Shown one piece after another: positions 31,083 to 38,614 of a DNA stretch of 64,000 nt. The DNA lies in the IMG/VR virus record IMGVR_UViG_3300025015_000015; one strand, written 5' to 3'. This stretch comes from a virus. Its lineage: Duplodnaviria > Heunggongvirae > Uroviricota > Caudoviricetes. The position numbers were made by a program, and so were the translations under genes. The notes beneath the pieces were generated by a model. The model made no database searches. It was not told where the DNA came from and saw only the letters and a program-made list of their open reading frames with translations. Within the stretch, counting starts at the first letter, position 1; each line of letters begins with the position of its first letter.

Positions 31083-31238
31083 TGAAGGAAGTTAAAACCA
31101 AAATTTGTAGTAGATGTAATACATGGTCATTTGTACTATTGGTTAATATATAACAACTTTCCATCTGACTATCAAGTTTTATGTTTAAATTGTAATTGTG
31201 GTAGAAGTATTAACGGTGGAATTTGTTCACATAAATAA
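31082..31238 (+). pseudogene. decayed HNH homing endonuclease (N-terminal zinc-finger piece plus frameshifted C-terminal HNH tail)
   Basis: MKEVKTKICSRCNTW...* in one frame; YNNFPSDYQVLCLNCNCGRSINGGICSHK* in another frame. This matches ...NNFPDDLQVLCWNCNLGRQFHDGICPHI of the intact HNH at 48880-49629. Confidence 0.5.
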
Positions 31239-31824
31239 AAGGGGGTGTATCATTTTCGACCAATTTCTACTTTTCCTAGATAAGATATTTTTCTTTGTTC
31301 CACGTCCTCACATAGTTCATGTTTATGATGGTGCAGTATTTATGAGGCGTGGAAAACATAAGACAAAATTCTTTTTCAGGCGAAAAAATAAGAATATGAA
31401 ATCTTTAGAACCTGGAATTTATATTTTGCTTCCAATAGTAGATGAAATATTATCTGTATGCAAAGTTGACCAAGCCGTTGATCTAAAGAATCAAAGTTTA
31501 TGGACTAAAGATGGAAGCAACATTGTAATTTCCGGAACACTTAGATATCATATTAATCATCCATACAAAGCACTTCTTGAAGTATGGGATATGGATATAA
31601 CGTTGAGTAGAGTTGCTTTGGGAGTTATTGCTGACTATGTAAACGGCAAAACTCTTATAGAATGTCAGAACTTAGTAGGTCTTAAGAAGGAGCTTAGTCA
31701 GAAGATGAAGGAAATTGCAAAGGATTGGGGAATTGCCATTGATGAAGTTTATATAACTGATGCCGGTGAAGCATTTAATTTAAGAATCCTTTCAAGTTCT
31801 GAGACAAACGGGTTAATTGCTTAA
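31198..31824 (+). CDS. SPFH/band-7 (stomatin/prohibitin-like) domain protein
   Basis: LEPGIYILLP...WTKDGSNIVISGTLRYHINHPYKALLEVWDMDITLSRVALGVIADYV...WGIAIDEVYITD fits the SPFH domain pattern; GTG start overlaps the HNH remnant, so the true start may be 31342 or 31396. Confidence 0.45.
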   Translation: MVEVLTVEFVHINKRGCIIFDQFLLFLDKIFFFVPRPHIVHVYDGAVFMRRGKHKTKFFFRRKNKNMKSLEPGIYILLPIVDEILSVCKVDQAVDLKNQSLWTKDGSNIVISGTLRYHINHPYKALLEVWDMDITLSRVALGVIADYVNGKTLIECQNLVGLKKELSQKMKEIAKDWGIAIDEVYITDAGEAFNLRILSSSETNGLIA

Positions 31825-31984
31825 TTGGTATTTCATACCTATGGAAAGAGTCAAGAGAGGTATTAAGGAAGGTATTTCCCTTGGCTCGGAAAGTATCCAG
31901 AAATATTAGAATGGTATTCTAGTAATATTATCCAAAAATAATCCTTCGAAGAACTAATTCAAACCAGTGTCCTGAAACTTTCAA

Positions 31985-32090
31985 CAGGAATACTAAAGCA
32001 TCATGTTCAGTTTTCCAATGTCCAGGAGCATACCAAGCAGGAATACTAAAGCATCATGTTCAGTTTTCCAATGTCCAGGAGCATACCAAG
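31985..32090. repeat. perfect 53 bp tandem direct duplication (2 x caggaatactaaagcatcatgttcagttttccaatgtccaggagcataccaag)
   Basis: Two identical adjacent copies read directly from the sequence at 31985-32037 and 32038-32090. Confidence 0.85.
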
Positions 32091-32329
32091 AAGGCTTTCC
32101 TAAATAATTACTATATCCTGTACCATAATTCCATGTTCCATTCTTCCATGCGACAATGATAATAAAGAGATCCTGCTGGATATTTGTTCCAATCAGGTTC
32201 AAGACCACCACCTTTAATCCATTTAAAGAGATCCCAACACCATCTATTAGCAATATCATCAACATCTTTAGATTTAACTAAATCATTAATCACAGACAAA
32301 CATTCATTGGGATTCATTTTATCCTCCAA
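31993..32329 (-). pseudogene. frameshifted gene of unknown function (two overlapping minus-strand frames) disrupted again by the 53 bp duplication
   Basis: ORFs 32111-32329 and 31993-32265 overlap in different frames. The 53 bp repeat (not a multiple of 3) makes WYAPGHWKTEHDALVF be followed by out-of-frame LGMLLDIGKLNMML*. Confidence 0.35.
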
Positions 32330-32393
32330 TAATGTGTTAATTACTAATATCTTCTATGTGCCTAAATCCAAGGAATATTGGAAATTTTGGAGG

Positions 32394-32630
32394 CTATTTG
32401 ACGCCGTATGGATGGTACTTGTATTTGACGACCTTCCCAAGATAACTGCTTTGGTTGTCCCAAATCTCCTGCCTAATATATTTATTTGGAATAGGCTTAA
32501 ATGTTCTTGATACTGCATTACCATCAATGACCAAACACCCAATTCCATCGAGTTTAGGAGTAGCAAGGACTGGATATTTAATATTATTCTTGTTGGTACA
32601 TTTTCCTGCTAACATTGGTTTTGTAATCAT
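32394..32630 (-). pseudogene. ATP-dependent DNA ligase remnant (Chlorella-virus-type minimal ligase N-terminus fused to the extreme C-terminus)
   Basis: MITKPMLA...YPVLATPKLDGIG...SRTFKPIPNKYI corresponds to the ligase N-terminus and adenylation motif I (K-x-DG-x-R, with the Arg here Gly). ...SSYLGKVVKYKYHP resembles C-terminal motif VI. Only 78 aa, so the whole nucleotidyltransferase/OB core is missing. Confidence 0.45.
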
Positions 32631-32660
32631 TTAATTTATCCTCATTTTATTATAACCATG

Positions 32661-32684
32661 GGGACGGGATAACCTCACCGTCCC
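32661..32684. terminator. GC-rich 7 bp stem hairpin (gggacgg-N10-ccgtccc), possible terminator or RNA processing element between minus-strand genes
   Basis: Perfect inverted repeat in an otherwise AT-rich region; no clean U-tract on either strand. Confidence 0.25.
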
Positions 32685-32706
32685 GGTGCGTATTAGTTAA
32701 ACTATT

Positions 32707-32823
32707 TTACTTACGGATATCCGTAACAGCCGTAACAAGAGCAGCAACAGCCTTGACTACAGCAGGAACAACAGAAACGCCAAGGTAAACAGCAAAAGTG
32801 GTGATGATCAGATACTCAAACAT
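32707..32823 (-). CDS. 38-aa hydrophobic single-TM peptide (MFEYLIITTFAVYLGVSVVPAVVKAVAALVTAVTDIRK)
   Basis: Small ORF below the track threshold, locally GC-enriched, with an AAGGG RBS-like sequence upstream. Confidence 0.3.
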   Translation of the reverse strand: MFEYLIITTFAVYLGVSVVPAVVKAVAALVTAVTDIRK

Positions 32824-32883
32824 TTCATAACCCTTTCAAAATAAACAATAAAACACAAACATATCCGAACGTATCGGATAACA

Positions 32884-33210
32884 TCACTTACTCATTTCTT
32901 CTATTTCCTTATCAGTCCATTTACAAATTAATTCCAAATTACGTTCAAGACAAATAAATCCCATAAGTCCACTTGACCATGGATCTGCCTGAACCTTCTC
33001 CTTAAATGTTCCACCATTTTTATGTTCAAAAGTTCTAAGGTTAGGACCATCTCCATAAAATTTATCTTCATGCTCAACATTAACAACCTTCAGCTTCGTT
33101 GTTACTGTTGCCATGCAATATGGACATTTAAGATCCGGTTCAGTAACAGCATTGTCCTTAATATACTGTTCAGCTTCAGGAGTCAAGCCAACGTGTTGAT
33201 ACCATCTCAT
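32884..33210 (-). CDS. hypothetical protein
   Basis: ORF only. Confidence 0.3.
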   Translation of the reverse strand: MRWYQHVGLTPEAEQYIKDNAVTEPDLKCPYCMATVTTKLKVVNVEHEDKFYGDGPNLRTFEHKNGGTFKEKVQADPWSSGLMGFICLERNLELICKWTDKEIEEMSK

Positions 33211-33221
33211 ATCAAATACTC

Positions 33222-33401
33222 CTATCTAGACTTACAAATTTCAGCCTTTCCATCACGTCCATGACGATGATGGATTCCCTTCTCATGATTTTCCTTGGTT
33301 CCACGGATCTTGAAACCACAATCCGGACAATACTTCTTGGATGTCTTTCTAGCAGCCAAACTTCGATTTCCATTCTTAACAGCTTTGTAATTACGCAACA
33401 T
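33222..33401 (-). CDS. 59-aa basic zinc-ribbon protein (CPDCG...HHRH)
   Basis: Small ORF with Cys/His spacing. Confidence 0.25.
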   Translation of the reverse strand: MLRNYKAVKNGNRSLAARKTSKKYCPDCGFKIRGTKENHEKGIHHRHGRDGKAEICKSR

Positions 33402-33425
33402 GTTCTATCCTTTCAATATTAAATT

Positions 33426-33614
33426 TTATTTGACACCTGATCCATGGACACTTAACCGGATTAATTCCTTTTCATGTTCAAGCTTCTTATGAGCTTCAAG
33501 AATATCAACAGCATTACATTCAAAAAGAATGGTAGCTGGAGGATATTTACTATTATCAAAATATTTATAATGGTTCATCTGTTTAATTACTTTATTCCGT
33601 TTTTGATTTCCCAA
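33426..33614 (-). CDS. hypothetical small protein
   Basis: ORF only. Confidence 0.2.
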   Translation of the reverse strand: MGNQKRNKVIKQMNHYKYFDNSKYPPATILFECNAVDILEAHKKLEHEKELIRLSVHGSGVK

Positions 33615-33742
33615 TGCCGCTTATACATCCACGGTCTGGATTCACGATCTTGTTGCATTGCCTTTTCATGAAGATAACTGAACGTGATTAATCCAGCAAT
33701 CAAATAACCAATACCAATTAGAATCTTCTTCAGAACGTTCAT
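33587..33742 (-). CDS. 51-aa small membrane protein
   Basis: Hydrophobic stretch ILIGIGYLIAGLITFSYL. Confidence 0.2.
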   Translation of the reverse strand: MNVLKKILIGIGYLIAGLITFSYLHEKAMQQDRESRPWMYKRHWEIKNGIK

Positions 33743-33851
33743 TATTATCTCCTTAGCACAAAGCCATGTAAGACAATATTGTAAGAATTATGATCTTTTT
33801 CCATTCAAATCCTATTTGAATCCAAAACCAATTCTTAGTCATATTATTTCC

Positions 33852-34097
33852 TTAATTTATCGGATCTTCAATTTTCTCATTACCACAAATTTTATAAATT
33901 AAATCATACACATCATTGTTATCAGGCATAAAAGGCTGATCCGAAATAAATGGAATTACTTCATTTCTGTTATATGCAAGATACCTCCACATTCCGCACC
34001 ACTTTTTTGACCTAAAATGTGTAATCTTGTTATTAGTTTCTTTCAACCAATTTTCAATTTCTTTAAGATCGTAACACATATTAAATAGAGTTTTCAT
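33852..34097 (-). CDS. hypothetical protein
   Basis: ORF only. Confidence 0.3.
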   Translation of the reverse strand: MKTLFNMCYDLKEIENWLKETNNKITHFRSKKWCGMWRYLAYNRNEVIPFISDQPFMPDNNDVYDLIYKICGNEKIEDPIN

Positions 34098-34099
34098 AA

Positions 34100-34309
34100 T
34101 TATTTTCCAGAAAATTTTCTAATCTGGTCTTTTGTTGGTCGTATAAGACCAAAGCACATTGGATTAATCTTATTACTCGTACTTAAAAGCCAGAAAAATT
34201 TATTATAATCTTCGATTATGTAAATAAATCTTTCTACATAATAAATGTGCTTTCCATTGAAAAGCCGATTCATCAAATTATCTCTTTGTGTCTGTTCTCT
34301 ACAATCCAT
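34100..34309 (-). CDS. hypothetical protein
   Basis: ORF only. Confidence 0.3.
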   Translation of the reverse strand: MDCREQTQRDNLMNRLFNGKHIYYVERFIYIIEDYNKFFWLLSTSNKINPMCFGLIRPTKDQIRKFSGK

Positions 34310-34471
34310 AAGTACCTTTACAGCAGAATATCAATATGTTTGTTAATCTTTTCCTCAACAGCTTCCTTATTGTAACCATCCTTACAGAAACAATCATGAA
34401 CTGCATTTCCATTGGAAGGCCCAAAAACTCTATTTCCAATTTCCGTGGTCAACTTGCAAAACTCAAAGATC

Positions 34472-34652
34472 ACTTCGTCTTAGGTTTATTTCCTCTATAT
34501 AAAGTATAACATATAAAAAGTACTTTGTCAAGTGCTCTTAATATTTTTTGATATCAAAGAAATATGTAGTTTGTAACGTTTGTATAATTTATAATATCTA
34601 ATATAACTTTCATGGTCATGAAATTTAAATTGAAAGTCCGATAATCTTTGAA
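34472..34652 (-). promoter_or_regulatory. copy A of a ~180 bp repeat carrying a consensus sigma70-type promoter (TTGACA 34526-34531, 17 nt spacer, TATACT 34503-34508, minus strand) plus conserved upstream blocks
   Basis: Shares a 32 nt identical block (ttaggtttatttcctctatataaagtataaca), tttgtcaagt, atatgtagtt..taacgtttgtaa and ttaaagtccgataatc with copy B. Confidence 0.55.
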
Positions 34653-34723
34653 TGGACCCGACTGGATTCGAACCAGTGTTGCACCGTTATAAGCGATGAG
34701 TTCTACCATTGAACTAAAGGTCC
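34653..34723 (-). tRNA. tRNA-Ile (anticodon UAU)
   Basis: Manual fold: acceptor GGACCTT with one mismatch, D-arm GTTC-AATGGTA-GAAC, anticodon stem CATCG/CGGTG with loop CTTATAA, T-arm ACTGG-TTCGAAT-CCAGT; GGATTCGAACC visible on the + strand. Confidence 0.55.
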
Positions 34724-34726
34724 ATA

Positions 34727-34810
34727 TACCAGAAGTGGGACTCGAACCCACAAGCTCTTACGAGCATCAGCTTTTAAGACTGGTATGTCTGCCAATTCCA
34801 TCATTCTGGC
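34727..34810 (-). tRNA. tRNA-Leu (anticodon UAA), long variable arm
   Basis: Manual fold: acceptor GCCAGAA/TTCTGGT, D-loop GAATTGGCAGA, anticodon loop CTTAAAA, variable stem GCTC-GTAA-GAGC, T-arm GTGGG-TTCGAGT-CCCAC. Confidence 0.6.
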
Positions 34811-35250
34811 AAAACTATTTTATATTCTGAAAAGTGTTTAATTGGGTTAATACCACTTTTATAATCCTTCAAAATATTATATGGAATAAGCCAAATATTT
34901 AAATCTAAATCAATAAGCATAAAATAATCACATTCATTACTAGAATATAATTTCCTTCTAGTTCCTTTATTATTTATTCTACACCTTCTTAATGAAAATT
35001 GAAATATTCCATATTTTGATTTACTTGTAGACGTTTTTATCTGGACCTTATTCCATTTACCATTAATTAAAACAACTAAATCATATGAAACATAATATTC
35101 AGGACTTAATACTTCATATCCAAGCATCATAAATACAAATTTTGCATAATATATCGCTGCATATCTAAGATTATTTTTATTAATTTTATCTTCCAAGTAC
35201 AACTCCAACTTTCGAACGGATATCCTCTTCTTGATCTCTTGTAATTCCAA
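34801..35250 (-). CDS. hypothetical protein, possible PD-(D/E)xK-like nuclease
   Basis: SYDLVVLINGKWNKVQIKTS resembles a D...(E/Q)-x-K core; its 3' end abuts or overlaps the tRNA-Leu 5' end. Confidence 0.25.
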   Translation of the reverse strand: MELQEIKKRISVRKLELYLEDKINKNNLRYAAIYYAKFVFMMLGYEVLSPEYYVSYDLVVLINGKWNKVQIKTSTSKSKYGIFQFSLRRCRINNKGTRRKLYSSNECDYFMLIDLDLNIWLIPYNILKDYKSGINPIKHFSEYKIVLPE

Positions 35251-35782
35251 GTCTACTTCTTACGGCTTTCCTAAATAGCATCGGATTTCTTTTTTCAGTA
35301 TCTGTTATGTCAGGAGGAGTATTAACAAAATGTTTGATATATTCTAGATCAATTCCATCAAGTCCTTTCAAGGAATCAATGGTATCAATAATATCCTGAT
35401 CTATTATTCTACTTACTATATCACAATCCTCGTAAGTTAATTCATTGGACACATTTCCTCTGTATATTGAAGTTCCGTCTTTGTGAGTTAATTTGCATTT
35501 GGTATATGGGTCATGTAATTTATATGATCTTTTCATCATATTAATACAATGCCATTTGAAATATCTGAATAAAACTGTCTTAAGAGAAGCTTTTCCTTTT
35601 GGATTGTATTTTCCTTCTGCCACAATTTTTGCTAATACTGCACATCCTTCCTGGAATATGTCATCAATAGTTATTGTTGTTGGCTTTTTTATTTTGGTGA
35701 AATGTATACGAGACATTTTAAGAAGCATATCCTTTACACTATCAAACATTTCTTTAGTAACTATTGGATTTTTATTTTCCAT
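35186..35782 (-). CDS. sigma-70 family sigma factor-like protein
   Basis: IDDIFQEGCAVLAKIVAEGKYNPKGKASLKTVLFRYFKWHCINMMKR matches sigma70 region 2 (DLIQEG...FSTYA..WIR..I.R). Confidence 0.45.
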   Translation of the reverse strand: MENKNPIVTKEMFDSVKDMLLKMSRIHFTKIKKPTTITIDDIFQEGCAVLAKIVAEGKYNPKGKASLKTVLFRYFKWHCINMMKRSYKLHDPYTKCKLTHKDGTSIYRGNVSNELTYEDCDIVSRIIDQDIIDTIDSLKGLDGIDLEYIKHFVNTPPDITDTEKRNPMLFRKAVRSRLGITRDQEEDIRSKVGVVLGR

Positions 35783-36014
35783 CTAGTCCAATCCTCTTAC
35801 AAAATGCAATACTTTCATTCAAAAGTTCTCCAGCGGTAAAATTATCCTCCTTAAAGGATAGTGTGGTTATTGTAATAATATTCCAAACATCTTCATTGGA
35901 TATATCTTCATTAAATGTACCAAGAATATGTTTTATTTCATTGGCTATTGGTAAAACTTTATCAGGAATTACATGTTCATTATCATTCATTTTAGCTTCC
36001 TTTACGTATTGCAT
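35772..36014 (-). CDS. hypothetical protein
   Basis: ORF only. Confidence 0.2.
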   Translation of the reverse strand: MQYVKEAKMNDNEHVIPDKVLPIANEIKHILGTFNEDISNEDVWNIITITTLSFKEDNFTAGELLNESIAFCKRIGLDGK

Positions 36015-36339
36015 GTATGAAGAACTTCAATACTTTGTTGTAATCTCTTACCATCCAATCAATTCTTTTATTTATTTCTATTTTAGGGAATGGCTTAATT
36101 GGTGTACACACACTTGTATAAAAAATGTAAAAATTATCAATCTCACAATGATGGACGCCAAATATATATAAGTCAGTCTCAATAAGCATAAGAAATTCAT
36201 TTGGTATGGTTTCCTTTGGCCAGCCAACATGCCATCGAACCTTTTCTTCGGAAAAATCACTGGTATATAACCTAATTGGAAATCTACCGCATAAGTGATC
36301 CGGATATTCTTTATATATAGTAAGATTTTCAAATTTCAT
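35992..36339 (-). CDS. hypothetical protein (start trimmed to MKFENLTIYKEY...; the track ORF runs into the tRNA)
   Basis: The upstream 29 codons of the track ORF overlap tRNA-Lys. Confidence 0.3.
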   Translation of the reverse strand: MKFENLTIYKEYPDHLCGRFPIRLYTSDFSEEKVRWHVGWPKETIPNEFLMLIETDLYIFGVHHCEIDNFYIFYTSVCTPIKPFPKIEINKRIDWMVRDYNKVLKFFIHAIRKGS

Positions 36340-36341
36340 AA

Positions 36342-36414
36342 TGGGAGTAGTGGGATTCGAACCCACAGCGTTCCGGTTAAAAGCCGGATGCTCGGCCAAT
36401 TGAGCTTTACTCCC
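36342..36414 (-). tRNA. tRNA-Lys (anticodon UUU)
   Basis: Manual fold: acceptor GGGAGTA/TACTCCC, D-arm GCTC-AATTGGCC-GAGC, anticodon stem TCCGG/CCGGA with loop CTTTTAA, T-arm GTGGG-TTCGAAT-CCCAC. Confidence 0.65.
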
Positions 36415-36471
36415 AATATTTACCATTCATAATTAGAAGCTAATATTATATCCTTCAATTCGGTTCCCATT

Positions 36472-36723
36472 TTATCCCTTTAAAAAGGTTTTTATTGATG
36501 CATATGTAAACTTGATACCAAAGTGTTTACAAGTAGTTCTAATTGCAAGAGAATCCTTATTAAAGGATCCATTTTCAAATGCAATTCGCATTTTTAAAGC
36601 TACATTATGAGCCTGTTCAACTGGCCATCCGTACAAATCAGGATGTTCAATAACAGCTTTTACTAAGTTTTCCTCATAAATCTTAATCCATTCATCTAGT
36701 TTACTCATGTTTATCCCCAACAA
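36472..36723 (-). CDS. hypothetical protein
   Basis: ORF only. Confidence 0.3.
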   Translation of the reverse strand: MLGINMSKLDEWIKIYEENLVKAVIEHPDLYGWPVEQAHNVALKMRIAFENGSFNKDSLAIRTTCKHFGIKFTYASIKTFLKG

Positions 36724-36955
36724 CAGTAAATTTTCGACGTCCAGATTTGAGAATTTCAGTCAAGGCATCATTATCCCATTGACCGTTTAACATCAAAGCT
36801 TGATATCTTATCAGCCTTGCAACCTGATCAATAGTTACCACAACCGAGACAAAGCTTGAAATAGCAAATCCGTCAAAAACCGATATATCATGGTTAATTA
36901 AACTACCACTTGATTTGGCAATTTCAAATGCCTGTTGGAATTGTTTTGTTGTCAT
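36701..36955 (-). CDS. hypothetical protein (first gene downstream of promoter repeat copy B; AAAGGA RBS)
   Basis: ORF with a good RBS immediately after the conserved leader of the repeat. Confidence 0.35.
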   Translation of the reverse strand: MTTKQFQQAFEIAKSSGSLINHDISVFDGFAISSFVSVVVTIDQVARLIRYQALMLNGQWDNDALTEILKSGRRKFTVVGDKHE

Positions 36956-36965
36956 TTTAATCCTT

Positions 36966-37146
36966 TCGGTTTAGGTTTATTTCCTCTATATAAAGTATAA
37001 CACATGGAAAGTATTTTGTCAAGTCCAAATTTTACAAAGAAGTGATTTCTTTAATATTCAAGATATGTAGTTCTTAACGTTTGTAACATCTTTAATGTTT
37101 AATATTGTTCCCACGACCTTGAGACGTATATTTAAAGTCCGATAAT
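36966..37146 (-). promoter_or_regulatory. copy B of the promoter-bearing repeat (TTGACA 37017-37022, 17 nt spacer, TATACT 36994-36999, minus strand)
   Basis: See copy A; conserved leader GAGGAAATAAACCTAA precedes the start of gene 36701-36955. Confidence 0.55.
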
Positions 37147-37451
37147 CATTTTAAAAAGTCTTTAAGAAGTGTTTTGATATTACCTTTGTCTATTTTCTTT
37201 TTAATAGCTTCTCTAACTTCATTTGGAACTATTATTTGTTCCTCTTTTTTATCTAAAACTCTTTTTAGAAGATCAAATACATTTTTCCCACTACTTGAAT
37301 TTGGTTTTATATCCTCCTGAAGATCTTTGGAATTAACTGAAACTGGTGGTTGTGGTATCACACATGAGTCAGCCTCTTGTCTTCCGTTGGCCTCAAGAAC
37401 ATTATTTAACATTTCAATAACACTTTTATTTTTCTTCTGTTCTGTTCCCAT
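37146..37451 (-). CDS. hypothetical protein
   Basis: ORF only. Confidence 0.3.
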   Translation of the reverse strand: MGTEQKKNKSVIEMLNNVLEANGRQEADSCVIPQPPVSVNSKDLQEDIKPNSSSGKNVFDLLKRVLDKKEEQIIVPNEVREAIKKKIDKGNIKTLLKDFLK

Positions 37452-37722
37452 TTGTAGTACCTTTATTTTTTATTACATCTTTCATATTAATTATCCAAGT
37501 AATTATATATATTATAACTATTATATACATTATACTTATATTTTCACCATTGTTTTTGACATGGATATAAAAAGCTAACCAAAATCCTTGACTTATTAAA
37601 CCAGATATGCATCCAAGTATTTTTGGTTTATATGTTCTTCTTCCAAGCAGGAAAATTGCTCCAACTCCTGTTATTAATATTAATATCTGAAGTATTATAA
37701 TATTAGTCATTTTTATTTCCAA
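37426..37722 (-). CDS. small membrane protein (2-3 TM helices)
   Basis: Hydrophobic segments IIILQILILITGVGAIFLL and LISQGFWLAFYI. Confidence 0.3.
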   Translation of the reverse strand: MEIKMTNIIILQILILITGVGAIFLLGRRTYKPKILGCISGLISQGFWLAFYIHVKNNGENISIMYIIVIIYIITWIINMKDVIKNKGTTNGNRTEEK

Positions 37723-38116
37723 CTACATCTTTTACGTCCATTATTTCTTTTTTAATTGTACCAATATAAAGTCTATATAATAAATCATCAAGTCTATATG
37801 ATATAAACTCACTTTTTTGACCATTGATATTTCCAGCACCTATTGTAAGTACATGTAACACTTCATGTGCTAAAATTTGATATGGATTTCTGTCGTCTTC
37901 TTTGCATTTTTCAATTGGAATCCATACCTTAGCAAACATATAATTATTATCTACCAATGATACACCTTCAACATCATTAAGTTCCACCCATTCTGGTTTG
38001 TTTCCTGTATCAAGTGATATAGAATAATCACTAATGTTTAATTCATGTTGAAGCCATATTAACATTTTTAATAGGTCTTTATATGTGGCTGGTTGATATT
38101 CTCTAATGTTGATCAT
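37703..38116 (-). CDS. HExxH zinc-metallopeptidase-like protein
   Basis: ILAHEVLHVLT motif. Confidence 0.3.
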   Translation of the reverse strand: MINIREYQPATYKDLLKMLIWLQHELNISDYSISLDTGNKPEWVELNDVEGVSLVDNNYMFAKVWIPIEKCKEDDRNPYQILAHEVLHVLTIGAGNINGQKSEFISYRLDDLLYRLYIGTIKKEIMDVKDVVGNKND

Positions 38117-38139
38117 TTAGAATTCTTTCAATTTTTTCT

Positions 38140-38613
38140 TCACCACATTTTTAACATTTTTTTATGTGTTTTAATTGCAAATTCTACTATTGGACCTATC
38201 TTTTTCCTAATGATATTAATTGATGCTTCTTCAATATTAAATTTTATCACTTGTATTTTTTTATTGAACAAGTAGCCAATACTTTTAGCTTTATTTTCCT
38301 CAACCATGCTTCCATTACTAACATCAAAATTATAAAACATCCATGCATCACAATATGAAAGTATTTCGCAATCAGCTTCAAGAATTTGTTTGGTACATAA
38401 ATTTCCATGTTTTTTAAGTGTTCTGGTTAAAATTTCATTCTCTCCAGGAACATATAATTCTATTTCTGGAAAAATAAATCTAATACGTTTAGCTGCCAAA
38501 TGAGCTTTTCTACAATTATCGTTTTCAGTTTCTATTGTTGATTTTTCACCATATTTTCCACGTATTGGGTGTGAAATATATATAGTTGGGGTTGTTATGT
38601 ACCAATTAATCAT
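38140..38613 (-). CDS. nucleoside 2-deoxyribosyltransferase-like (DUF4406-like) Rossmann protein
   Basis: IYISHPIRG N-terminus; ...EADCEILSYCDAWMFY...SNGSMVEENKAKSIG resembles the NDT-like C-terminal motif. Confidence 0.3.
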   Translation of the reverse strand: MINWYITTPTIYISHPIRGKYGEKSTIETENDNCRKAHLAAKRIRFIFPEIELYVPGENEILTRTLKKHGNLCTKQILEADCEILSYCDAWMFYNFDVSNGSMVEENKAKSIGYLFNKKIQVIKFNIEEASINIIRKKIGPIVEFAIKTHKKMLKMW

Positions 38614-38614
38614 A

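Noticed and set aside
31826-31838. Small hairpin ggtat-ttc-atacc after the SPFH gene as a terminator
   Set aside because: The stem is only 5 bp and no U-tract follows, so it is too weak to call.
34554-34751. 65-aa ORF on the minus strand
   Set aside because: It overlaps tRNA-Ile and tRNA-Leu and is almost certainly spurious.
36340-36426. N-terminal 29 codons of track ORF 35992-36426
   Set aside because: They overlap tRNA-Lys, so the gene start was moved to the internal Met (MKFENLTIY...).
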